Below, in pieces: positions 19,734-28,614 of a stretch of DNA of 64,000 nt. The translations under genes were made by a program, and so were the position numbers. This stretch comes from Armatimonadota bacterium. Lineage in GTDB: Bacteria; Armatimonadota; UBA5829; DTLH01. The stretch is from NCBI GenBank assembly GCA_039680575.1, contig JBDKSP010000021.1:13239-77238 (forward strand), written 5' to 3'. The first letter of the stretch is position 1. Every line of letters begins with the position of its first letter. The notes below the pieces were generated by a model. That model was not told the DNA's origin and did no database searches. It worked only from the letters and a program-made list of their open reading frames with translations.

Positions 19734-20928
19734 TTTGGTTGATGTCTTATTTGAAATTGGTCCAAAAATCATCCAAGAGGAGAATATCGACGGTTATAAA
19801 CGGATAACCGGAGAGTTTTGGACAGCTCGCCAGAGGCAGATGCACTCCATCCACTACGCCGTGTCATACCGCGCGTCTTTCAAGCCGGAATTGCCGAATT
19901 ATTTTATAAACCGTTATTGCAGCGACTATAAAAATGACATGGTGCTCGACCCGTTCGGCGGCCGAGGTACAACAATATTGGAAGCCAATATTCTCGGTTT
20001 TTCAGGCTATTCGAACGATGTGAACCCGCTTTCCGAACGGATCGCTCGCCCGAAATGCCGCCCGGTTACGCTGGAAGAGGCCAGTAAGCATTTAGATCGG
20101 ATCGATTTCAACGCCGATGTCGATATCAGCGATTACAGCGACTTTTCGCCCTTTTATCACATAGACACATACCGGGAGATGCTTGCGCTGAAGGAGTATC
20201 TGAAGAAAAACAGGTCGGACGCTGATTGCTTTATAGAGATGATAGCCCTTTCTCGCCTGCATGGACACTCGAGAGGCTTCTTTTCGGTCTATTCATTTCC
20301 TCAAATATCCATTCTAAGTGCCGCGCAGGCAAGGATCAATGAGCAGCGGAACCAGACTCCCGAATACAGGCAGGTCAAGCCGCTTATTTACCAGAAAGCA
20401 AAGAGAGTCCTAAAGGATTTCACCGGAGAAGAGATCGTAAAGCTGAATGAAACGGCCGCAAGGAACATCTTCACCTGCGAAGACAGCCGGAATATGGCCA
20501 GCATACCCCAGGACTCTGTCACGCTTATAGTCACTTCACCTCCGTTTCTGAATAAAGCCGACTATATTCAGGATAACCGGCTCGAGTTCTGGTTCCTGGG
20601 CATAGATCCTGAACCGCTGAAAGAGAAAGTAGTCCAGACCAAAAATCTCGATGAATGGATAGAGTTTATGAGGGACAGTATCCGGGAGATGTATCGGGTG
20701 TTGAGGACCGGCGGGGTCGCTGTGATAGAGGTCGGGGATGTGAAGCATAAAGGACATACGATTAATCTGGATGAGGTAATCGTCGAGCTTGGTAAAGAGG
20801 CCGGGTTCAGTGTCGTCGAGGTACTGATAAATTTCCAGCAGTTCACGAAACTCGCAAACTGCTTCAATGTAGATAACATGAGCAAGGGAACGAACACAAA
20901 CCGCCTCGTTATCATCAGAAAGGATTGA
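19726..20928 (+). CDS. site-specific DNA amino-methyltransferase, alpha-class topology (N4-cytosine or N6-adenine)
   Basis: AdoMet motif I VLDPFGGRGTT at aa 76, and catalytic motif IV SPPF at aa 270, separated by a putative target-recognition region. The GTG start as called overlaps the upstream gene by 8 nt. Confidence 0.65.
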   Translation: MDNLVDVLFEIGPKIIQEENIDGYKRITGEFWTARQRQMHSIHYAVSYRASFKPELPNYFINRYCSDYKNDMVLDPFGGRGTTILEANILGFSGYSNDVNPLSERIARPKCRPVTLEEASKHLDRIDFNADVDISDYSDFSPFYHIDTYREMLALKEYLKKNRSDADCFIEMIALSRLHGHSRGFFSVYSFPQISILSAAQARINEQRNQTPEYRQVKPLIYQKAKRVLKDFTGEEIVKLNETAARNIFTCEDSRNMASIPQDSVTLIVTSPPFLNKADYIQDNRLEFWFLGIDPEPLKEKVVQTKNLDEWIEFMRDSIREMYRVLRTGGVAVIEVGDVKHKGHTINLDEVIVELGKEAGFSVVEVLINFQQFTKLANCFNVDNMSKGTNTNRLVIIRKD

Positions 20929-20979
20929 GTTTCCATACCCAGCGGTATAAGTAAACGGCATCCTTAAACGGAGGGAAAC

Positions 20980-21258
20980 ATGTCGTTACCGTATTACGGC
21001 GGGATGAGGCACATTCATACCACTTCCGACAGATTCGATCAGGCCTGTGGCGAGATAAGACGACTATCCGATGAAGATGTGGGGCGGGTCTTGGAGTTTA
21101 TATACGGATTGAAGCGGGAACGCGGAGATGTGACCGGAAAAGCCGCAGGAAACCCGGAGTTGCTTGTAGGACACGCTGGTAAGTTCAGTTTTAATGCGGG
21201 TGAAACCGAAACCCTGCTCAAAATGGTGCTCGAAGCAAGGGAGACGGTTTCCGAATGA
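20980..21258 (+). CDS. putative antitoxin partner of the VapC toxin
   Basis: A 92-aa acidic protein whose stop overlaps the VapC start (ATGA). No recognised antitoxin fold. Confidence 0.4.
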   Translation: MSLPYYGGMRHIHTTSDRFDQACGEIRRLSDEDVGRVLEFIYGLKRERGDVTGKAAGNPELLVGHAGKFSFNAGETETLLKMVLEARETVSE

Positions 21259-21659
21259 AGGAATACATACTCGACATCGACCACATGGTCGGGCTGATGG
21301 CCGGCAATGAGACACTTGTCAGGCGGATCGGTAAGGTCAAAAAGGAAGAAAGCCGCTTCGGAATAACACTTGCGATCCTTGGCGGCCTCTATTTTCTTGT
21401 TCGATCAAGCCAGCAGATGGACATCAATATGGCCGCACTGACGGAACTTGTAAGTGACCTGCAGATATGGGAGTTCGACAGAGGCTCAGCGGAGATCACA
21501 GGTGAAATATTGACCCAGATGCACTCGCTGAACCGCCCAATAACCCCGATAGAAGCGCAGATAGCCGCCGTTGCCCGACAAAGGCAGGCTGTGCTCCTTA
21601 CGGGGCTTGAACGCTTCATCTATGTCCGCGATATTGAACTTCAGAACTGGCTGCGGTGA
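21255..21659 (+). CDS. vapC: PIN-domain toxin (VapC family)
   Basis: PIN acidic residues in YILDIDH, FDRGSAEITGEI and IEAQIAAVA...LLTG. Length 134 aa. Four-nt overlap with the upstream small ORF. Confidence 0.7.
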   Translation: MKEYILDIDHMVGLMAGNETLVRRIGKVKKEESRFGITLAILGGLYFLVRSSQQMDINMAALTELVSDLQIWEFDRGSAEITGEILTQMHSLNRPITPIEAQIAAVARQRQAVLLTGLERFIYVRDIELQNWLR

Positions 21660-21678
21660 AGATTGGTATCTTATTGCC

Positions 21679-23610
21679 TTATTGTTCAGTCATTACCCAA
21701 TCCAATTCCTCTTTGGTCAATTCTGGAGTAATTTCCACCGTGTCGGTATCGAAATCGACGGTAACGGTCGTTCCATCTGCAAAAGTTGTCCTCTGTTTGC
21801 GGCGATCCGGGTCAAGGAACTCATGCTTTGTCATCTCGAGCAGTCCCACACGCTTGTTAAGCCCGCAAGCCATTCGAACCCGGCTTAATTGCTCCTCTGA
21901 TAAGTCCGGGGAAATGTATGGAATCCCCGCGTGCAATAGGCCTTGCAGGTAACCTTTAGTCTCTTTTCCCTTAGGCCAGGGTATAAATATTGATTCATGA
22001 TATACGAGGCTGATGAGGGGTATCGTGACCCCTATAGTTGGTCCCTCTCCGGGTCCAGGGTGGTCTTCCGCATATGGGGCGTGATGCACCAGATCGAGAT
22101 ATGGAATAGCCCAGTCGGTCGGTTCCTCAGAACTTACTATACCGACCAGCGAGCTGATAATATTGAAGCATTCCGCTCTGTATTTGAGGCACGTGGCGCG
22201 TGACATCGGATGATTCGGGTCATAACACTCATCTCCCGGCACGATAGAGAAAACATCGAGGTAAGCGCCCTTCAGCTTTATGCCGTGACGAAGTATTTCG
22301 CTGTGGTTTCTCATCACATAACCGGGTGAAAAGCTGGTGCACAGTATACTCTGCGGTCCGCCGGTCCATGTGGCTTCGTATGGATGGCTCCCGTCTTCGC
22401 GGATGATGCTTCGCTTTGGATCATAAGAAGCTGCATCAAGATAGTAGTCACGGTAATTGTCATGGATCGCGTAGATAAACCCCAGCTTATCGCATACATC
22501 CGCGTATTTTCTCATGCCGTCCCAACCACCGGCTTCAGGAGACGGTGGAAGGATATCCGGGTGTTGATTGTCGTAACCGCGGTATCCCCAGCCGTCCTGA
22601 TGTATGTATAGCCTTTTGATCCCCTGTGCAGCTATGTTTTTTATCTCTTCAGTGCGTTCGATAAAGCTGTGAGTCCTGTCATTCGCTGCCGGATCATCTT
22701 TTACATAATAATATGACTTAGGATTACAATGCCAGGTGATGAAATCAGTGTGGAAGACGGGTGAGCCGATAAGTTTTTCAACAAGAGGCTTGCGCGCAAT
22801 CTTCTCTTCGAGTGAGACGAAACGTCCTTTGTCTTTCACATACTGCCTGTAGCGTTTTGCCATATCGACATAACTGCCATTATCTATAAAGCACATTCGC
22901 AGCCGCCGGACATAACTCATCCTGCCGAGAGAATGAAGCCATTTAGATTCTATGAACGTAGGTCCTCCTGCGGGATGCGTGAAATTGCATCCGACGTCAT
23001 CAGGCGTTTCGAATATCACCAAAACAGAGGAGTTGGCTTTCTGGTGTCCCCACCAGGGCATACCGAGCCCTCTTCCGTAACATGTGCTTGGTTCATGCAG
23101 CCACGCCTTGCTGGGCCAATCATTAGGAAGCAGCATTCCCTGCATAAAAGGGACTACCGTGAAGTCGTTTTCTTCCGGTTTGAATGCTTTCGGCCAACGG
23201 CACTTCTCGATTACGGCCGAAGACTCTTTCGGCACAATGCTGAAGACAAGGTCTTCGGTTGTACCATCCAAAGCGGCGATAAGCTGCAGCTCGAAGTCCA
23301 GGGTATTGCCATTATGCTCGAAACCGCTCAGAGCGATCTTCAACCCGGTTGCTGATCCGGTATCGTAATGAGAAATATCGATTTTACCGGCGTCTGTCAT
23401 GCTGAGGGAAAAGCTTTCCCCGCCAGATGCCACGGTCAGGTCCATCTCATTGGCTGGAAGCATAGTCCACTTGCCGGTTTTGGTCTCGACAGTCATCTCA
23501 AAATTAGAACCATCAAGAACGACAGAGTGCAGCTTACCGGCAATTACCCATTTGCCGCCGTCTTCTCGGACGGAGATAGTCTTATTCGATAAATAATCCG
23601 CTGGTTGCAT
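21679..23610 (-). CDS. hypothetical large protein, possibly a TIM-barrel glycoside hydrolase-like enzyme
   Basis: Length 643 aa, no signal peptide. Aromatic/Asp-rich blocks (YIHQDGWGYRGYDNQHPD, HDNYRDYYLD) are reminiscent of carbohydrate-active enzymes. The family was not identified. Confidence 0.3.
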   Translation of the reverse strand: MQPADYLSNKTISVREDGGKWVIAGKLHSVVLDGSNFEMTVETKTGKWTMLPANEMDLTVASGGESFSLSMTDAGKIDISHYDTGSATGLKIALSGFEHNGNTLDFELQLIAALDGTTEDLVFSIVPKESSAVIEKCRWPKAFKPEENDFTVVPFMQGMLLPNDWPSKAWLHEPSTCYGRGLGMPWWGHQKANSSVLVIFETPDDVGCNFTHPAGGPTFIESKWLHSLGRMSYVRRLRMCFIDNGSYVDMAKRYRQYVKDKGRFVSLEEKIARKPLVEKLIGSPVFHTDFITWHCNPKSYYYVKDDPAANDRTHSFIERTEEIKNIAAQGIKRLYIHQDGWGYRGYDNQHPDILPPSPEAGGWDGMRKYADVCDKLGFIYAIHDNYRDYYLDAASYDPKRSIIREDGSHPYEATWTGGPQSILCTSFSPGYVMRNHSEILRHGIKLKGAYLDVFSIVPGDECYDPNHPMSRATCLKYRAECFNIISSLVGIVSSEEPTDWAIPYLDLVHHAPYAEDHPGPGEGPTIGVTIPLISLVYHESIFIPWPKGKETKGYLQGLLHAGIPYISPDLSEEQLSRVRMACGLNKRVGLLEMTKHEFLDPDRRKQRTTFADGTTVTVDFDTDTVEITPELTKEELDWVMTEQ

Positions 23611-23631
23611 ATTACCTCTTATACCTTATAC

Positions 23632-24624
23632 TTATTGTCCGATGCTGTGTTCGACCATCATGCCGATAAAGTATCCTGCAGCGCCCAGCATCAATGCACC
23701 ACTCATGCCTTGAAAAAGGACCGCGGAAATATCAGATCCATTTATAAGTGCGGGAACACCGTGGCCGAGAAGCCCAAGCAAGAAGCCGGTTTTAACGCCG
23801 GTCATATCGTTGCCGCAAGTAAATCCGACCCAAAACCCGACTATAGCGCCGAGAATGATTCCCTCTATCGCCAGAAATGGGAGGTTCATCGATATAAGGA
23901 AGAACCTCAGCATGAAACCTGCCCCCAAAATCCCTACCGGCCCAGCAATTATACCATAGATTATACCGGCTTTTATCATACTGCGCTGCGCCTGCCGGGC
24001 TTTTTCATCAGATTCTCGTCCTCTAGCTTCCAGATGGCTCAAATCAGGGAGTTGGGGCGCTGCCGGAATCGGAGCGGACGGTATACCTACGGGTTGAAGG
24101 TCATCCAGCGGGGTATGAGCTGTCTTATTGCTGCAGGGAGCTGCGCCGCTGAGGTCAGCAGGCGTACAAGCCGTTGTCTGTGTAGTTGCTGCAGTATCAG
24201 CCTGATTATCGAGATGGTGAGGATACGCCTGCGGCTGCTCAGTAATCGGCGCCGCCTCCTGATCGCTCAATCTGTTCAGCGCTTCTGCCGCAGGCTGATA
24301 AGATGGGTCCGCATCTGCGGCATTTCGATACTCAGAGATAGCTTCTCTTATGCGGTCCGATTGTTCATAGGCTTTCCCAAGATTGTAATGGTTGCGGGCA
24401 CTCGGTTCAATATTGACGGAGTGCTCAAACGCGGCGATTGCCATACCCCGGTTCCCGGATTGTGCGTAAGCAGCGCCGAGTATTGAATACGATTTGGCAT
24501 CGTCAGGGTATGCCTCCAAAATCTTTTCTGTGCATTTGATGCAGTCCTTAAGCTTTCCCTCGCGGAAAAGCTGCATAGCTATGTCTTCTGAAGCAGGTCC
24601 TGTATAATCATCATTATTACTCAT
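23632..24624 (-). CDS. TPR-repeat protein with a Pro/Ala/Thr-rich linker and a C-terminal polytopic membrane domain
   Basis: Three TPR-like units at the N-terminus. About four Gly-rich TM helices in the last 120 aa. Confidence 0.45.
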   Translation of the reverse strand: MSNNDDYTGPASEDIAMQLFREGKLKDCIKCTEKILEAYPDDAKSYSILGAAYAQSGNRGMAIAAFEHSVNIEPSARNHYNLGKAYEQSDRIREAISEYRNAADADPSYQPAAEALNRLSDQEAAPITEQPQAYPHHLDNQADTAATTQTTACTPADLSGAAPCSNKTAHTPLDDLQPVGIPSAPIPAAPQLPDLSHLEARGRESDEKARQAQRSMIKAGIIYGIIAGPVGILGAGFMLRFFLISMNLPFLAIEGIILGAIVGFWVGFTCGNDMTGVKTGFLLGLLGHGVPALINGSDISAVLFQGMSGALMLGAAGYFIGMMVEHSIGQ

Positions 24625-24933
24625 CTTCCTGACACCTCCGAAAGGTTTTCAGCTATAATGGTTATAAGGCTGGTTATTGACTGAATAGCCGGATAATTGG
24701 TAAGCTCTGTTGAACTTGAATTCGATTTCCAATGGAGAATATCCTCCATACAGACAAAAATATACTGTTTGTAGTAATCAGTGTGTCATCAACAAGATAA
24801 ATAGCAACAGGGTCAACAATATATCCTTGAAAAGTACCCGATATAACACAGCAAATATCCGCGGAATATTGTCTCATTTATATAAGGGATTCCAGCGAAG
24901 GATATCCCAAACAAATGCAAGGAGGAGAGTGCA

Positions 24934-25836
24934 ATGCGATCATTTGTAATCGCGCTTGTCGTTGTCTGCCTGGTAGTTCTCTCTATCCCGCTGTATGCGC
25001 AGGCTACCACGCAGAATAGCGGCAATGAGGAGAAGGCGAAAGAATTATATCTCGCTGGGGAGAAATCTTACAAAGAAGGTAAACTGGAAGAAGCAATCGT
25101 AACCTGGAATAAGTCTCTCGATCTGAGTCCGAATAGTGAGGAAACTAAGAATTCCGTTGCAAAGGCAAAAGACGAGCTCTACAAAAATACAATGGAATTT
25201 TGCAATGATCCCAATCAAAAGGATCTTGTGACTGCGTTTGTCAATCTGATCAGTATACAGGCATTGATCCCGGAGAAGGCAACTGAGTTTCAGGAAAAAG
25301 CGAAGGCGGTTGTCGGTAGGTTCGATAATGATCAGAAAAGGGCAACCATCTATTATCAGCAGTCGGTAAAGAAGACTAATGAGGGAGATTATAACGTTGC
25401 TGCTCAGTATGCGACTATTTCCAAAATATACGCTCCTGACTCGGTTGCTGTCGGTAAGCTGATCGGTAAAATAAATGAAATCAGGGAAAAGAAAGCAACA
25501 GCGAATCCACCAAGTCAGCCGCAACCGGCTCAATCGTCTCATGTAGGCATTGGTAACGGTAAACCGAACTTGGTAATATTCTATGCAGACTGGTGCGCGG
25601 CACATGCAAAAATGTCTCCGATGCTCAAGGAACTGCAAGATCAATACAAAGACAAGGTGAATATCCTCTTTGTCGATGTCGATAATCAGTCGAATAAGGA
25701 CATCCTGAAAAAGGACCCTATTAAAGGTGTTCCGCTTCAGGTTCTCTACGACAAGGATCAAAAGGAAGTGTTTAGCAACCTGGGTGAGATAACGAAGGAT
25801 CAACTGGTGGCCGAGTTGAACAAAGTAGCCGGGTAA
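24934..25836 (+). CDS. secreted TPR-like / thioredoxin-fold protein with a degenerate active site (WCAAHAKM instead of WCGPCKM)
   Basis: Signal peptide. The C-terminal 110 aa align to thioredoxin (NLVIFYADWC...KVNILFVDVD). The resolving Cys is absent. Confidence 0.55.
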   Translation: MRSFVIALVVVCLVVLSIPLYAQATTQNSGNEEKAKELYLAGEKSYKEGKLEEAIVTWNKSLDLSPNSEETKNSVAKAKDELYKNTMEFCNDPNQKDLVTAFVNLISIQALIPEKATEFQEKAKAVVGRFDNDQKRATIYYQQSVKKTNEGDYNVAAQYATISKIYAPDSVAVGKLIGKINEIREKKATANPPSQPQPAQSSHVGIGNGKPNLVIFYADWCAAHAKMSPMLKELQDQYKDKVNILFVDVDNQSNKDILKKDPIKGVPLQVLYDKDQKEVFSNLGEITKDQLVAELNKVAG

Positions 25837-25868
25837 TCAACCCCTGAATTTATATATGTACAAAACAG

Positions 25869-25900
25869 GAGCCTCCCATAATCTTCAGGGAGGCTCTTTT
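25869..25900 (+). terminator. rho-independent terminator
   Basis: Hairpin gagcctccc-N10-gggaggctc followed by tttt. Confidence 0.7.
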
Positions 25901-25909
25901 GCAACAGTC

Positions 25910-26091
25910 CACTCTTGCAAAAATTATATATCACCCTGAGCAACCAGCACGTCACCCTTGAACTAAGGAGTTTTGGTATACCTGAAACTCTTCCTGGATG
26001 CTGAGTCAAGCTCAGCATGACGTTGTGGGCATTCCGAATGACGTAGTGTTCGTTCAGCATAATGCTATATTCATCAATTCTGAACGCTTAC
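25910..26091. mobile_element. MITE-like palindromic repeat, copy D (same orientation as copy A)
   Basis: About 85% identical to copy A across 180 bp. Lacks the first 10 bp of the left TIR. Confidence 0.7.
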
Positions 26092-26102
26092 GCTCTTTTT
26101 TA

Positions 26103-27512
26103 TTAACTCATTCTTCGCCAGATGGTCCCCTCAGGCCGGTCTTCGATTGTGATCCCAGCGGCGGACAGTTCATTTCGAATCTCATCAGCCCTGGCCCAGT
26201 TTTTCTCTTTTCTGGCCTTTTCTCTCTCGGTAATAAGAGCTGCAAACTCCGGATCCAGTTCCGTTTCTTGTGCTGATGCCGCTGATTCGTGCAACTTTAA
26301 CCCGAAAACTTTATCAAAGTCATACAATGCGTCGAGTACTCCGAACTCCTGCCGGGTGTTGGCTTCCTTTATCATCTCCCATGTGAGCGCGATAGCTCGC
26401 GGGACGTTGAGGTCATCACTTATTGCTTCTTTGAACCGTTCGCGATACTCGCTGACCCAGGGTTCTTCTGTTCCTTCTGCCCGGCTGGCGAGGTCAACGA
26501 ATGCTTTCAGTCGATTATAACCTGCCTGTGCAGCATCGAGTGACTCCCAGGTGAAGTTCAGTTTAGACCGGTAATGCACCTGCAGACATAGATACCTGTA
26601 TGCAAGAGGATCGTATTTCCGGTCTATAAGCGACTGAAGAGTGAGGAACCCACTGGCGGATTTTGCCATCTTTTCGCCGCCGCCGACTATCAGAAACTCG
26701 CCATGAAGCCAGTAACGAGCGAATTGCTTACCGGTCGATGCTTCGCTCTGTGCTATCTCGTTCGTATGGTGGACCGGTATATGGTCGATTCCCCCCGTGT
26801 GGATGTCCAGTGTCTCGCCCAGGTAATGCATAGACATCGCGGAGCACTCTATATGCCAGCCGGGGAAGCCCATGCCCCAGGGAGAATCCCACTGCATCAG
26901 ATGGTTCTCGAACCTTCCAACAGCTTTGAACCAGAGTGCGAAATCGGCAGGATTACGCTTATCCTTATCTTCCTGCACTTCGGCTCTGGCAGCGGTTATC
27001 TTTTCTTCCAGTGATTGACCGGCAAGTGCCGTATAGGTCGGGAACTTGGTAACATCGAAATAGACTGCCTGGTCCGTCTCGTATGTATAACCCCGATCCT
27101 GAAGCTGTTTTACCAGGTCGATCATCATCTGTATATGCTCAGTCGCGCGGGCAACTACAGTAGGCCGCGCGATATTCAATTTCTCGGTGTCTTTGAAGAA
27201 CGCGTCTTCATAGAACCTGGCAATGTCCCAGATGGATTTTCCCTCTCGGCGGGCTCCGGCTTCCATCTTGTCTTCGCCGATGTCATCATCGGAGGTAAGA
27301 TGGCCTACATCGGTTACGTTCATCACATGCTTTACTTCGTAGCCTTCATGTTCGAAAGTGCGCCGCAGAATATCGGCGAAGATGTAAGTGCGCAGGTTGC
27401 CGATATGCGCGTAGTTATAGACGGTGGGACCACAGGAGTAAATTCCCGCTTTCCCCGGTTTGAGAGGTATGAATTCTTCTTTCTTGCGTGTAAGCGAGTT
27501 ATACAGTAGCAT
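26103..27512 (-). CDS. cysS: cysteine--tRNA ligase
   Basis: Class I motifs HIGN (HIGNLRTY) and KMAKS. Zinc-binding Cys residues. Length 469 aa. Confidence 0.9.
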   Translation of the reverse strand: MLLYNSLTRKKEEFIPLKPGKAGIYSCGPTVYNYAHIGNLRTYIFADILRRTFEHEGYEVKHVMNVTDVGHLTSDDDIGEDKMEAGARREGKSIWDIARFYEDAFFKDTEKLNIARPTVVARATEHIQMMIDLVKQLQDRGYTYETDQAVYFDVTKFPTYTALAGQSLEEKITAARAEVQEDKDKRNPADFALWFKAVGRFENHLMQWDSPWGMGFPGWHIECSAMSMHYLGETLDIHTGGIDHIPVHHTNEIAQSEASTGKQFARYWLHGEFLIVGGGEKMAKSASGFLTLQSLIDRKYDPLAYRYLCLQVHYRSKLNFTWESLDAAQAGYNRLKAFVDLASRAEGTEEPWVSEYRERFKEAISDDLNVPRAIALTWEMIKEANTRQEFGVLDALYDFDKVFGLKLHESAASAQETELDPEFAALITEREKARKEKNWARADEIRNELSAAGITIEDRPEGTIWRRMS

Positions 27513-28191
27513 CGGTTATATCAGGTTTCTCCACAGGTTCCGACCGTTCATTCTGTCCGGTCTCCATTTGTGACATGCGATTGTCAAGCTGGTCAAGCCT
27601 TCGCTGGAGCGACTGGATCAGTTCACCTTCAGGATCGAGTCCGCGTCCATGCGTCAGCGGTTCAACTGTTACCTTTTTGCCGTTTTGGACGGCTATTCTA
27701 CCAGGAACACCGACGACGGTGGAATCCGCAGGTACATCCTTAAGCACAACAGCGTTAGCTCCGATCCTGGCGTTATCGCCTATGGTTATTGCGCCGAGGA
27801 CTTTAGCTCCGCATGCAATGACTACGTTGTTCCCAAGGGTGGGGTGGCGCTTCTTCTTTTCCAGGCTGACACCTCCAAGAGTAACCCCATGATAAATAAG
27901 GCAATTCTCCCCGATCTCAGCGGTCTCTCCGATGACGACACCCATTCCATGGTCTATAAAGAACCCTTTGCCTATCTCGGCGCCGGGATGAATCTCTATT
28001 CCGGTAAAGAAACGGTTTATATATGAGATTATTCGAGCGAGAGTCTGCAGGCGCAGCTTCCACAACCGGTGGGCGACACGATGCCAGAAAATCGCATTTA
28101 TCCCTGGATAGGATAAAACTTCCAGCCAGTTGCGCGCAGCAGGATCGCACCTAAATGCAGCTCTCCAATCACTTAGAAATGTTTCGAACAT
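27499..28191 (-). CDS. cysE: serine O-acetyltransferase
   Basis: N-terminal SATase helical domain ([11 protein letters not shown]...[11 protein letters not shown]) and hexapeptide-repeat beta-helix. Sits directly upstream of cysS, a common pairing. Confidence 0.85.
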   Translation of the reverse strand: MFETFLSDWRAAFRCDPAARNWLEVLSYPGINAIFWHRVAHRLWKLRLQTLARIISYINRFFTGIEIHPGAEIGKGFFIDHGMGVVIGETAEIGENCLIYHGVTLGGVSLEKKKRHPTLGNNVVIACGAKVLGAITIGDNARIGANAVVLKDVPADSTVVGVPGRIAVQNGKKVTVEPLTHGRGLDPEGELIQSLQRRLDQLDNRMSQMETGQNERSEPVEKPDITDATV

Positions 28192-28302
28192 TAATTAATA
28201 TCCCAGCTGAGTAATATCAAAAATAACGACAACGATGTTGTTGCCGTTATTAATAACAACACTCGAATATAACACGGACTGAGTGAAAGTTCAAGATAAA
28301 AT

Positions 28303-28571
28303 GTAAGACTTCACTGCTGATGAGTATAACATCATGATGAACCACCACAACGTCATGCTGAGCTTGACTCAGCATACAGGAAGAAAATGGACCCTGAATC
28401 TATGGATTTTCGGCTATAGCCGAAAATCTTCCGGGGAGAGTTTCAGGTAATACCTGAAACTCCTTAGTTCAGGGTGACGTGTTGGTTATTCAGGGTGACG
28501 TCCTTCCATCTATGGTGATGTGTTGGTTGTACAATTTGATGTAGGATCTCTCATTAAGAGTGAACTGTTAC
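28303..28571. mobile_element. MITE-like palindromic repeat, copy E (copy-B orientation, with an extra approximately 70-bp palindromic module)
   Basis: The same TIRs and core as copy B, plus the perfect palindromes ttttcggcta/tagccgaaaa and gagtttcaggta-a-tacctgaaactc. Lies in the divergent cysE / GH130 promoter region. TATAAT at 28584. Confidence 0.7.
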
Positions 28572-28614
28572 GATAAAATGAGGTATAATTTGGGGGTGTT
28601 GGAGAGGTGTTTTG

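Noticed and set aside
14353-20928. HsdR-N nuclease and the alpha-class MTase forming one restriction-modification system
   Set aside because: They are about 4.6 kb apart and separated by the conserved aspS-hisS operon and a sugar-kinase-like gene. The nuclease lies on a distinct AT-rich islet while the MTase region has host-like composition.
5268-28571. Possibility that the repeated elements form a CRISPR array
   Set aside because: Copies are 100-270 bp, are separated by 3-10 kb of genes, occur in both orientations and have TIRs. They lack the regular 25-40 bp repeat/spacer periodicity of a CRISPR array, and no cas genes are present.
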